Of a DNA stretch of 64,000 nt, positions 13,164-25,277 are shown one piece after another. Origin of the DNA: Raillietiella orientalis (taxonomy: Eukaryota); assembly GCA_036172245.1 (NCBI GenBank), contig JAYWIR010000028.1, positions 2,542,001 through 2,606,000 of the forward strand, written 5' to 3'. Position numbers and translations under genes: made by a program. Positions within the stretch are counted from its first letter, which is position 1. Each line of letters begins with the position of its first letter. The notes below the pieces were generated by a model. It worked only from the letters and a program-made list of their open reading frames with translations. It searched no databases and was not told the origin of the DNA.

Positions 13164-13664
13164 TGTTGGCTTTTCAAGTTAGAGGGCAACCCCGTAGGGA
13201 CCACCTTATGAATCCAGGAAGACTCCTCTTACGCTTGGGAGGGAATTTCAATGGGAACCTCTTCCTTATTCTCTCTGGAGGGAACCCCGTAGGGAGGAAC
13301 CGGACCTTCTCGTTTCGTCCCCGAAGGGAACCCGAAAAGGATCCTTCCTGGAATTCCTTCGCCGGAGGGAACCCACAGGGAACTGCTCCTTGTTTCTTGC
13401 TCCGAAGAGAACCCCGAAGGGACGCTTCCGAATTTTCCCTAAAGAGCGCACCCCGACGGGACCGGAGCACTTCTTGACACTCTGGAGAGGATGATAGTCG
13501 ATGAAGGTTTTCCCCCGTAGGGGGTGGAAGAAACGTCTCCATTTTCACAACCGAAGGGGAACACTGAAGGGAACCGGCTCCTTGTTTCCTGGAAGGACCA
13601 GGAGGGTCAGACTGCAATCCCAGCCAATCAACGGGACCACCTGGCTTCCACCAGTGCCGCACCC
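13164..13664 (-). mobile_element. SINE-like element copy A, body with ~40-bp hairpin array (split from its head by a LINE insertion)
   Basis: About 9-10 units of GGAGGGAACCCCGWAGGGA plus a pyrimidine linker; collinear with 49429-49570/50150-50550 and 36961-37140, and with 29970-30340 as reverse complement. Confidence 0.85.
13650..13664 (+). repeat. Left target-site duplication ACCAGTGCCGCACCC
   Basis: Identical 15-mer at 16739-16753; the flanking bases differ on both sides. Confidence 0.9.
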
Positions 13665-13766
13665 TCGAGACGCCGCACGGACGTGTTTTCCGTTAGCTCC
13701 GCGAATGGTACATCGACTTTTCTTTAGTGAGTGGTTCGCGTGGATTCGGTGGTGGCGCAGGCAGCG

Positions 13767-14764
13767 ATGCCTGACACCACCACCAATGAAGGCCAGGGAG
13801 AGATGCCCGCATCTCTTCCTGATACGATGGAACGGCCCTGTCGCCGGCAGCCATGGCTGATTAAAGGGTCTACATTGAGGAGGACTAGAACCCAGTACTC
13901 CTCTACAAGGTAGGCTATTTGTATAGTCCGGAGAGCGCGGCCGCCTTCTCGAGGGCGATGTACGCTCACGGCGTTAAACAAGAGGGCCTTCTCACAATGA
14001 CTATCGGGAGTGGGGACCAGTACGCTGAGGTGGTCTGCAAGAAGACAGACCTTGGCCAACGATTGCTGAGGTCCCCCGTTGCGATGGGCAGCGGAAGTCT
14101 CCTCCCGATCACGGTGGACCGCTCGAAAGTGGTCCACTTTCTTGGAATAACTTTGCGGATGACCAAGAAGAACGTCTGCAACGAACTTGCCAAGTACGCA
14201 ACAGTCCACGCGCTGCAGACGAAGTCCGCTCCCTTCGGGGAACACCGCGAACTTCGGGGGAGCCTCGCGGCAGCGCGAATCATTGTGCGCGACGGCTGTG
14301 GGCTGCCCCACAACATACAGGTCGCCGAGGGAACGGTAGACCTGTGGTACGTGGGGAAACCCAAATATTGCGCGCACTGCAACGCTTCAGGTCATCTTAA
14401 AAAGAGGTGTCCGAGTGTGTAGTGCCAGCAGTGCCACACCATGGGGCACACCAGTGGGGTGTGCCCGCAAAGTATCGTCCGCCTCGCGTCCGCTCGGAAT
14501 GCGAGAAAGCGCACGGCTAAGAAGATTAAAAAATTCGCAGCGAAGGCCGCCAAACAAACCGCTACCTCCGCGTCATCAGACGAGGCTGCCGTATCGACCT
14601 CAGTCTCAAGTGCTGAAAAGGTCGAGGAGGACAGCCAGGACGGATGGCAGGTAGTCCAAAATAAAATAAAGCCTGAAAAAGGCTACGAAAGCAAAAGCGA
14701 TCGCGACACGCAGCGAAAATCCGCCGCGGCGCGAAAAAGCAAAGAGCTGCCGCGTGACCGTTGA
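13767..14764 (+). pseudogene. LINE ORF1 (gag-like nucleic-acid-binding protein), disrupted
   Basis: YVGKPKYCAHCNASGHLKKRC and CQQCHTMGHTSGVC (two CX2CX4HX4C knuckles) separated by an in-frame TAG at 14420-14422; DGWQVV motif; frameshift near 13915. Confidence 0.85.
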
Positions 14765-16492
14765 CCGCATCACCGCCATCGGAAAGCTCAAGAGGCGCAA
14801 GGCTCCAGGGGAGGACGGCCTGCCTGCGGAGTTTTTCCAATGCTTTGCGGCGGAGCTGACCCCCCTGATACAAAAATCGACCCTGCTGATACGCGAAACA
14901 GGCGACGTTCCCGCCTCGTTTCGTTCAGCAAGGGTACGGCTCCTTCCCAAAGGAGGAGACCCACGGAGCATAAGCAACTGGAGGCCGATTACCGTGGTAA
15001 ACGCGGACGCCAATTGCTAGCGACACTGCGGACCGAGAGGCTGGTGCGGTTGGCAAAAAGCTTCATTAGCCCGGGGCAGCCGTATGCTGTTAGCTCCAGG
15101 CGGAGCATGGGCGCCAACCTGCTCTGCGCTAGCACCTGGTTCGTGCTCCAACAGGGAAGGGAGATGATGGGCAACCGGAATTCCGGTGCGTCCGTCGGCA
15201 AAGGGCCAAATGGTCGGGTGGGGGAGGGAGCCCTTGCGGTCGCAGTCGACTTTCACAACGCATTCGACTGCATCGACCAGAGTCTCCTGCTGGAGCTTTT
15301 GGAACGCTTGGGTTTCCCGGCTTCTGTGATGGCCTACCTCCGCTCCTGCTGGTGCGAAGCGCTCGTCAATATCTTTTTCAGCGGAAAGACGGTGCACGGC
15401 GTGCCGGTGCGATGCGGCATACGGCAGGGACACAGCCTGGGCCCCCTGCTCTTTGGCACCTATTTCTAATTGGTGCTGAGGGCATACAGGGAGACTCTGG
15501 CTCTCCAGCCGAACGATTGTCTGGGTGCGCCCGCGGTGTAGGCATACGCGGATGATAATCTGCTGTTGCTCCCCATGTCCACGCCGGCATGCGCACTCGA
15601 CGGTTTCTTCGAGCTGCTCAGTCGTGGAACGGGCCTGTTGGTGAACAAGGCGAAGTCGTCTGTGGTTCCCGCTGACGCGTCGTGGGCAGTACGGCCGGAC
15701 CGGATTCTCCTGGGGATCCCCACGGGCCGGTACTTTAAGAACCTGGGCGTTCCGTTGGAGGACTTTCGCCCCTCAGAAGCCTGATCCGGACGTCTTCAGA
15801 AAGTACTGCAGGAGCTCGGCCCGTTCCAACGGGGCAGGTTCTCCCTGCCGGAGAGGGCCGTGGTATGGAACACGTTTGTGACTCCCCTCATTCGCCCTTT
15901 GCTTTTTGTTTGCCCACCGCCATGCAGCATTGGGAAACGGACAAAGGACCTCCTCCGGATCGCCTTCTGGGGCAAAGGGCAGCCCCGAGTCCGCCTAAAG
16001 GACTTGCGTGCTCCGCGCCGAGACGGCGGCCTGGGCCTCCTGACGCTGTAGCGAATGGAGCTGCGGCTCCAGTTTCGAATCTTTGCCCTCGGGTTCGAAA
16101 CTCATGGACACGGGAGGGGGGTGAACCCAAACTGTGCACGGTGCGGAGAGCAGGAGTCCTTCCCGCACCTCCTGGTAGACTGTGTTGCCCTCCGGCCCCT
16201 TTGGGAACGCTTGGCCTTGGATCTTGGAAGCCCCGACGGCAACTCCAGAAACGTTTTAAAGCGCCTCTTCCTGAGAGATGTCCTCTCGCCGGCCGCACCC
16301 CTAGCAGCACTGTGCTGCCTGCTCGGGATCGTGGCCGCGTGGAACACCAGAGGCCACAACGATAGGGACGCCATCCATTTTTCTGTCCTCTACATAAGGA
16401 CAGCGTCAAGATGGCCCTATCTGGGAACCATAAAACAGGAACTTGCCGGCATCCTTACAAGGATGCAGCGGGCGCCCTCCAACACACAGTGA
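14754..16492 (+). pseudogene. LINE ORF2 reverse transcriptase plus C-terminal zinc finger, disrupted
   Basis: KAPGEDGLPAEFF, NWRPITVVN, VDFHNAFDCID, GIRQGHSLGPLLF, YADD (15545-15556), GLLVNKAKS, FKNLGVP, GGLGL, CARCGEQESFPHLLVDC; one frameshift and several stops. Confidence 0.92.
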
Positions 16493-16738
16493 TCCCTTCC
16501 CGAATCCCTCCCCCCCCCCTCTCTTTGACCATCCTTTTTGACTGCAGTTTTTTTGGTTTGTTCTCCTCTTTTTGTTTGTCTTCCCTTCCCTCGTGCTGTC
16601 GAGGCTCACCCTGATGGCCTGCGTGCCAGATCCCGGCAGGCTCCTTTTCGTATTCATAAGTAACAACGTGGCAGGATCAAATGTCCTGCTACAGACATGT
16701 AGGTTTAGAAATAAACGCCCCAGCGTGACCGGGTGTCA

Positions 16739-16897
16739 ACCAGTGCCGCACCCGAATAGTCCAACCAGCGTCATCTTGAGTGAGGAACTGGAAAACCCAC
16801 GACGCACCAATTTCTCAGCATCGATCCTCCACGTGGGAATTCGAACTCGCAACGCTTGACACCACCCGCGGAGACCTCAGCCGCGAGGCCGCCAACG
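16739..16897 (-). mobile_element. SINE-like element copy A, tRNA-derived head (includes right TSD 16739-16753)
   Basis: The minus strand reads TGGCGGCCTCGCGG (A-box-like)...GAGTTCGAATTCC (B-box)...GATGACGCTGGTTGG...GGGTGCGGCACTGG, as in the other copies. Confidence 0.85.
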
Positions 16898-17299
16898 CAT
16901 GCCATTTGCAGTCTCCAGAAATCACCATCGCGTGGGGCTCCACGTGAAAGCCAGCAGCTGCCAGATAAAGCGTCTGCAGACAAGCAGGCCACTTGTTCCA
17001 CTTCTGGTGCCGCCTAACAGTTGTTTTGGGCGGCTGGCTTTCGCAGTTTTCCTTGCCTCCCCTTTGATACGTGCTAACGGGTAGCTGCGCCGCGGGAGGG
17101 ATGCTGGATGTCCCTACCGGATTCGCACACTCGAAAAGGCGCACTTCGTTAACTGCGAAGTCACCGTGACCAAGCGCGTCCGAGAAACGGAACTTCGGCG
17201 GAGGAAGTCCCCTTCTGGAGGGAAGAGTCCTGGGTGCATCGCTCCTACATAACTTTTTTGCCTCCCGTCTTCCCTGGTTCGACAGGGATCACGGGAGCT

Positions 17300-18940
17300 C
17301 TGCGGTCAGAAGGAGAACTTTCAAGACCGCCTCACTCACACATGATGTGATGAATGGAGGGAAAAATCTTTTTCAAGAAGGAAAGAAGTGAGGGAAACAG
17401 GGAAGCCAACTCTCCGTTCGCTTCCCCATTCGCTTCCTAGCGGGATGCTGGCCAAACGCGAAACAACGTGAACGGTCAGATTAAATTGAACGATCGGCTC
17501 CGGTTGGTCCCGGTGCTGAAAGTCCTCGTGAAGATGCTCCAATTTGTTTCCTTCCGAGGGAGCTGTGTGGGCATGCCCCATGACTTCTGTCCCAAGCAAG
17601 CGATGAAATCGCTGCCTTTGGGAAGATGGTAAAAGAAACACCGGGAAGGGCTGAGATGCAACTGCCCAGTTCTCTTCTAGAGTGCAAGATGCGGCTACAA
17701 AGAGATCCTGGTCGGAAAGGTTGAGGGAAGAGATGAGAGGCACAACATCCACTCAGGAAGGTGTCCCTAACGTTCTCAAAGCTCTGATATCTCGTGCCGC
17801 TTTTCAAGGCTTCTTCCTTCTTTCACGCATCGACATTCCCGAGGTAACCGCGACCGGATGCGTGCTTCAAGATGACGGGAAACTGAGAACAGAGGGGATT
17901 GTCTGCATTCAGGAATATTCTGCAGCGACCCTAGCTGAGATGAACCAGCTTGCGTGAGACCACAGCTTCGAGAGGAGGGTGAAATGAGGACAACTGAAGA
18001 TGGTGGAGAATTCCCCTGGAATTTTAAATTGCGAAGAGATCTACGGAAAGTGAAACAACCCAGGAGCATTTGGACGGTAGGAGAGGTCCAGAAGAAAAAG
18101 TAACGTGGACGTTTGAGTGTATCGAAGTAACCAGCATCACATCCAAGACCTGACGTTGGATGTGCACGTTAGAAACGAAACCACCTCAGGTCCACTCGCA
18201 GTTCAATGCTAGGCCTCATGGGCATCCCTCCTTGCTAAACATCCGAAGGAAGGAAAGACCCTGGAACGGAGGCATCGGGTCTCGGGGCATTTCCTAACCA
18301 ACGGTGGGCACCTTCATTCCGCGGATCACCGATTTATCCACGCAACCTCCTTCCTTCCTGTGCGAGGGCCTCACACCAGAGACGGCTCCGGCCGCTCGTG
18401 CAGAGGATGCAAAAGATGGGAAGGATCCTCCTCGCATAGGGTGGCAGGCTGACTACGACCGAGTAGAGGCATGAAGAGGCGATGATCCTGATCGAGCCTG
18501 AGACCCGGGAAGTTGGCGGCCTTCGGCTCTGCCAGGCTATCCCGAGAACTCAGACTGAGCCCGGACCTGGGGAGAAAGGAAATGGACGTCTTCGGACCTT
18601 ATGGATATTGGGAAACGGCCTGGAAAAAGCGTAGCGGAAGGAGGAGAGCAAAAGTGAAGGAGTGGCCCTGCGCCTCGCCTCCGAAGGAGTTGCCGTTATG
18701 CTAAGAGGAATAGTGATGAGATCCCCGGGATGCTGGAGCCCAGGAAACGACGAGGTGTCGAAAGAATTGAAACTCCCAAAGAAGCAGGCGGGATGCACTT
18801 TATGCAGGAAATGGTATGCTCGCACATACAGCCATTCGCGCGATGCCAACCGGGAACATCGGATAGGTCACAGCCCGTAATGCAAGAGTCTCCGAAAGTT
18901 AGAAAAGAGTCGGAGGAAGGAGACAAACGAAGGCGATAAG
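17300..18940 (+). mobile_element. Decayed Gypsy RNaseH-integrase fragment
   Basis: TGCVLQDDGKLR..QEYSAATLAE (RNaseH), GGHL (~18305) and MDVFGP (integrase core), in order. Confidence 0.5.
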
Positions 18941-19299
18941 GACTGCCCCTTTCATCTGTCTACACCCATGACACATAATTTGTGAAACAGGAATGAATTC
19001 TTAGGCATCAGAAGTTCCCAAGGGAAAGAAAGTTTTGATTTTTCTGAAAGCGACGTTACGATTGCTATGAACATTCTGGCAAAATTTGTCCTTCTCCCGC
19101 AGCAGTGAACGGGAAAAGCATCCTCGAGGATGCTTTTCCCGTTGACTGATAAAAGTTAACTCTGTGCAACGGGACCGAATAATCGATCGCTAAGGGAACG
19201 TGCAGCCAGGAAGCTCGCGGGATCCCGCGTCTGCGAGAGGAAGAGAGGCAGTCAGAACCACGAGACAAGCTGGCAGTGACAGTTGGAGCTCTGCAGCCA

Positions 19300-19660
19300 A
19301 GATGGGGAAGTTGGAAGGGTCGCCGCGGGGGTGCGAAGACTCAAGCGATTAGCATCTCGTCTCAGGCCAGACAGACAACCTTAACCAAGTTTGCTCGTTA
19401 CGGAGACCGGCATTCGGCAGACGTCATCTCCGCGGGCCGGTTGGTAGCACACGCGCGTTTGCCTCACAGAGCTCCAGGATGGTCGAGATCCGGAGCAATT
19501 CGTTTCGAAGGATGCTGTTTCCGAGCTCACCGAGCACGTGGTGCCACGGGGGGCAGGTGCAGGTCGTGAGGATCCGAGGTTTCTTCCTGCACGTGTCGCA
19601 AATCCCTTCCGTGGCGGCTGAAGAGAGTCTCGCCCTCGGTTTGGTTAAGTGGCTGCATGC
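19300..19660 (+). mobile_element. Possible Gypsy integrase core fragment
   Basis: LTKFA, HARLP..SRSG and GGQVQ remnants; weak. Confidence 0.3.
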
Positions 19661-21349
19661 TGCATAACACACAGCTTCGTGTTCCTCCGTAATAAAAGGC
19701 TAAAATGCAGATACGTAATTTATTGAGACACACAACTGACAAGCTGCATGCACTGATGCACATCAAGCATTTCGTTAGTGCTCGTGGCGTGCGTAATAAC
19801 CAGGCAACGAATTATAGCAGTGCGTTGTCGATGATGGCGAACGCGAGTCGACGTCGGAACGTGGGGTCTGCAAGTCTGTCTATTCGTGCATAGTGGTGAC
19901 GTATTTGTGTTCATCTTCATAAAAAAAAAAAAAAGAAACGAAAAAGAACCTTCCGTGTGCCGCACGTCGTGGTGCACTATTGTCTGTTTTTCCTTTCTTC
20001 TTTTTTTTTTTTTCTTTCCTCCTTGACCATTCCCCATTCCATCTGATCGCCGTATTCTGACAGCAGAGTTAAGAAAACAGTGTAGCAGCGGAATTTGGCA
20101 GTTCCAGAACGATGAGTGCACAGGAACATGGGATTCTCGGGGATAGGTCTCCAAAGTCCTACAGAGTTGGGGTGCACTTGCAAGCAAGTGCAACAGGATG
20201 GGGAAATTCTCTCTTTCCGTCTGCTGTCGTTTTTTGTAAGCTGTTGATCTCTTCTAAAATCTCAGGAATGTGAAGTTCGCTTTGTCCCACCTCTCAGAAA
20301 CTTACCTTGCGGGTACCATCCCTAGCTACACAGGAGGTGCTCCAGATCTAGAAGAAAGAATGCTTTGCTTAAAGTCTGGCCAGCTACCGAATCTTCTCTG
20401 TGTTCGGGTAAATACCTCGGTGGTGGTTGCTACCCTCTGTGCTTCCTTGCTTTCCTCTGCATCGTTCGACTCCAGTCCGCTTCTTGTCGCTCTCCGCCAC
20501 CTGCCATCAAGAAACCACAGTCTTTTCCTAGGCAGTCTGTTCAGAGGAAATAGCTCGCTCCTCATGACAGGACTGATCGTCCTTGTCCTCCGACTCTCGG
20601 AAGCGGAGAAACTCCCGTGGCTTCATTTGAGAAACAGAACCTCCCTCTCGTGAGCAGTCTCCTGGACGGTGTGGTGTGCATCTTGCGTTGCCGTCTTGAC
20701 TACTGCTAGATCGGTTGCGGAAGAGCAAACGGCTGTTCCCTTTCCCGGAACCATCCGTTGCAGCAAACCCAAGTTTTCGGGTGTCGATTCCCGTTTTTAG
20801 AGCGTCTTCGTTCAAACCTACGGACCCATTCAAGGAACGGCTTTCGTTTCATCCCAGATCTTCCGGGCCGAGATCTATCTCCCTGAGATTCCTGATTTCT
20901 CCTTCGATCTTATTCAATTATGTTCTCCAGCGGCTCCTTCCATCTTCGCTTCGTGCTTTTGCAATCTGCAACCCGAAAGGAAGATAAGTAACATTAAAAA
21001 ATTCCTGCTCCCCTTTTTCAGCGTGGCGTGCTCCAAGCACGCAACTGGACCGGAATCTGCAGATCCAATAGGCGCACTCAGGGCTTCCTGGATGCATCCA
21101 ACTGTTAGCTACTATCACTTCCTGGATGCATCAACTATTAGAGGGACTCCATTTGTCTTTGTTTTATTCCCGGAACGCGCCACGAGTACAAATTAGTTTG
21201 TTTGTTTGTTTTTTTTCCCTTTTCCGAATCGAACAAAAACGGCGGGAATCCTCTCCAAACGGTCGGGAGAAGTGAAATGTCCGCTGGCTGGAACCAGTCC
21301 CTCCGAATCGGATGGCAACGGAAGGGATCGTTCGATGCTGATGGCAGCA

Positions 21350-22600
21350 CTGATTGATTCCGTCATTCTCCCAGCGAGAGCTGCAGGTTTCAGTTTTTAT
21401 CAAAGAGAGAGAAAGCTCCTACTGGCTTCATCACGCCTGTGGGTGGTTTTCTCTGGAAAATCGTCATCCCAGACGAAAGCGAACCACATTACTCCTCCAC
21501 GTTATCTCACTTCCTCGTAGACTGAAAAGCTTCTCGGAAATCCATTCCATAAGCTGGAAGGGCTTCGCAGTCTTCCTCGATGGCGCCTTTGGGTTTTTGC
21601 TTCGAAAACGTGGGTCTCCGCGAATGGAAGGAGATCACAAGAAGTCTCTTGCAGAAAGCGAAGTCCGAGGTCCGCCGTCGGGGACTCTGTCCTTGGACTG
21701 GCGGGAAGGCACTCTGCGCGCATTCGTGAGAAGACTTGCTGTTTCAATGATCGATAAATGGAGGCTTCATTTTGAGCTAATTCCAATTAATGCACAAGTA
21801 GGGAGCGGGATTCCCTTCGGGGTAAGCGAACAGCACTGATTACGGTGCAGCATCACAAAGATGGAGCTCAAAATCAGTGTTGGCATTTCCATGCAATGTG
21901 CATCGTCATTGGATGCTCTCCACATCCAGCACCTACAGAGCCCTAAATAGCTACCTTTAATGAGGAACCGTAGGGACGGCACGCCCAACTGAGAACACGT
22001 TAAAAAATGCATGGAAGACATCGACCTCTACACCTTCGTGTTTCGCATTCATCACACGCCTCATCCTGGCGCACAAGTAACCAAATGCAAATTCTACGAG
22101 GAGCAACCGACAAACTCACCACAGTGGATAAACCTGCAATAAAGGTGCTGGTTTTTGGAAGAACTGGAGGCGCCTCGAGAAGCTTCAGACTTGCAGTTTC
22201 TTCAAGGATAAAAGCTTCTTCAGGGATTGTTTCTCTCCATCTACAGGGACGAGGAACTGTTCCCCCGGACCAGTGCATTTGTCTGAAACGCCATCAGCGG
22301 CATTCTAAACGAGCTCCACATCCCCGCTTATTTATTTTAAAAGAGAAAGCAGCAGAGCAGTTCTTTTACCATCGCATGCACGATGCGGGTCTTGCAGCGA
22401 ACGCACAGGATGTGCAAGCACGGGCGTTTCCGCTGCACCTTCGAAGCTGTGTGCTCTGCTCAAAACCTCTTCATCAGTGGCGATGACCAAGCTCGGCCTC
22501 GCTGCCCACCGAAAACTCCGTCGTGAGGATGTCTCCGTTCCTGAGTCAGTTCTGGTCGCTTCTGCTGCTGAACAGTTGTAGCTGCTCGGAGACCACCAGA
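21350..22600 (+). mobile_element. Decayed BEL/Pao RNaseH-integrase fragment
   Basis: AVFLDGA, AESEVRGP..LSL..FVRRL (cf. F.DAS, SKSRVAP..RLEL), HPRLFIL..YHRMHDAG..SCVLCSK (integrase HHCC), ASLP. Confidence 0.5.
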
Positions 22601-23199
22601 TGTGACCCCATCAGCACGATGGAAGGCAGACAAGTGTGGATCAACTACGGCTGAATGCGAAAGCAGTTGCAACTCCATCGATTTCCCGCTGTGTTTTCTG
22701 CATCAGCAATTAGATATGAACAACTGTTACCAAGACAGTGCTCCAAGGAGAATCCAGTCGTAGACTAGTAGCTAATCCTTATAAAATCTGTATAAACCGT
22801 GGAGCTTGAATAAGAAAATTAATTCATCCCCAAGAAAAAGATGCTTATCTTCGTGCATACCAACGATCACTCTTGCGCACAGTGCGCAAGACAGCGGTTA
22901 GTATCTTTTGTACACTGAAAACAGACAGTGAGTGCAATAACTGAAACAAATGTAGCGTATTTGTTGCCAAATGTTGGATCTGAAAACGCCGTTTAAGGAA
23001 AGAAGAAAAACTGACATTATTTTCACGTTGTTTTTTTACTACGTCACTCATTATTTATTATACCATGGATGGCCTTTCTCTCTTTGTAGACCCGCCTTTG
23101 TCTCCTTGTCTCTTTTTGCAACACTCTAATGACCTGAAGTTTCCTCTAAAAAGACAATTAGGAATCTGTACGCAAAGTTTCCATGAGAAGATCGAACAG

Positions 23200-24500
23200 C
23201 TCAAAGACATCCCAAGTCCTGACATTTCCGGATCACGGTAATGGAGCTTGAAGCACCAAGTAACAGGAGTTCTGCTCTTCCCGTGCACACGAGTCTTCCT
23301 GGAGAACGATTCTCCGAACCAATTAGGAGGACTCTTCCACGCCGAGACGTTTTCCCCGAGAAGGAGCTTCTGGCCCTGACCGTCGTCGAGGTGGAGGGGC
23401 GAAAACTTCGTGTTCGCCCCTCAGTGGCTGCAACCGAGGATCAGCTCCATCACAAAAATCAGGCGCCTGATCCCCCTCGTTTTCTTCAGTCGTTTCTAAG
23501 GGAGCTTTGTTCAGCAGCGTTCTTCCTTACCATAAAAACCCTGATCTTGAGGTGGGTCATCCGGTTATCTTTCTTTTCTTTTCTTTCTTGTCACACAACG
23601 CATGCGTCCTCGGTTAATAAAGACGAATGGGCAAAGTGAAGAGCTTCTGGTGCAGATTTGCAAAGTGCTTTATGATTCGGCAATCCTAATAAAATAGAGC
23701 AAGATGAAACGGTTGCCACGAACGACGGAGGGATAAACTGAAGTGAGAGCAGCATAAAATCCACGCGGGCCTCAAGAGTCTCGCTGCAGAGAGGGGTTGC
23801 GATTGCGGTTTCGCCCTCGAACAGCGAGTTCCATCTCCAAATAGATTCATCAAAAGGCGGGAAACCGACGCAGATTTTTCACAGGATGATTGCAAGAAAC
23901 TCCCCGTGCAGTCGATTTGCTGACTTCCCGTATCAATATTGAAATTCTGGATTTCTGGAAGAAGCTGAAATAGCCGTTTTATGAAAAGAGGGAGGAGAGA
24001 GGAAGAAGAGCGAGGGAAGAGAGGATAAAGTCTTGAAAAGTGCTCGAGGATGAATTTCAAAATGTGGAGGGAAAAGTCCCCTCTCTTCGGAAAGCTGGTG
24101 AACATGGAGCTGGTACTTTTTTAGGGCGATCCTCAGTCTTAGTACTGGGTCTGTTCGTGGAACTTTCAGCCTTTCGTAAGGTTCCTGTTCCTCCCATTGC
24201 AGGAATCTCTCTGCGTTGCCACCATGACAACCGTAGTCTTGTGGGAATATGTGTGCTGGAGGACCGCTGGAAGCTCCTGGCTCTAAAGTTTCCGGCAAAT
24301 TCCGTGTTAAAGAATATCGTCTGAGATGCAGTGCACAGAACGACGACGATTCTTTCTTCCCCACGCAAGAAGATCTCGATAGGACTTTTGCTAATAAAAA
24401 TCGCAAAAGAGGGATTTTTACAATGAGGAGAGTCGGCAGAGTTTACCGGCTCCCATAGTTTAATGAGATCTCAGAAGACATTTCTCTTCGCTGCACGGAG
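23200..24500 (+). mobile_element. Decayed Gypsy RNaseH-integrase fragment
   Basis: EKELLALTVVEVEGRKLRV (cf. EKELLAIV..YLEGR.F.V) and HAGLKSL (~23762). Confidence 0.45.
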
Positions 24501-25277
24501 AACAAGCAAATTCCCTTTGACTTCCATAATGAGAGGATGCTGTTCCGAAGAGTTTCGCACGAACCGTTTGCCTGGCAACCGCAGCTAGCGAGCGCAAGGC
24601 TGCTGTGGACGGCTGGCGTTGTGGCAGCCAACCGTCCAGCGAACACCTCCAGCAATCTCGACGGAGACGGCGGGGATTTGCTACATGGTCACCTTCCCGC
24701 AGCCGTTTGTCTTATATATACATATTTTTTTTTTTTGGTACGGTGCCTGATGGGGTTAACGCTCCCTTTCGCCTTTCCATTGTTCACTCTGCATTGACTT
24801 TTCACGCTGCCTTTGACGCACGCAACGCCCGTTGATGGACGTGTGTGTTCCCTGAAATCTTTCTACCTCCTCGTTTGCCATCTTTTGGGGCATCCTCTTC
24901 TTGAAAAGATGCTGGAGATTGTGTCATGCATGAAACGATAATTTAGATGCCGCAATCGATACTATTGCCAAGGATATGGAAGCTGCTCATTTCATTATCT
25001 CAGTGCACGCAAGAAGGAGCCAGGGTTCTCGGTTAATTGAATGAAGTTAATTGGATACTGAATTCCTATTAGAGATTCCTAAAGTGCATCTCTCAAGGAA
25101 AGGCCGGAGATGGGGAAACATTCACGTTTCCGGCTCCTCCAAAAGTTGGAGTTGAGAGCACCGAAGTGAGATGGCCCTATTTTCGCTTCCTAGAGAGTCT
25201 GCAAAGATGAAGAGGAAAGCAAGAGACACCTATCATTCTTGGGATCTTTTTGCATTCGGATTTAGGCGCGAGTTTTC

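Larger units (their letters stand above)
13665..16738 (+). mobile_element. Tx1/L1-like non-LTR retrotransposon, 3074 bp, internally deleted (no APE endonuclease), inactivated
   Basis: Gag-like ORF1 with two CCHC knuckles, RT motifs, C-terminal CCHC, T-rich 3' UTR with AATAAA, and 15-bp TSDs. Confidence 0.9.

Noticed and set aside
13181..13610. CRISPR-like repeat/spacer appearance of the 40-bp array
   Set aside because: Eukaryotic context, no cas genes, degenerate repeats, and linkers that resemble each other and are fixed between dispersed copies.
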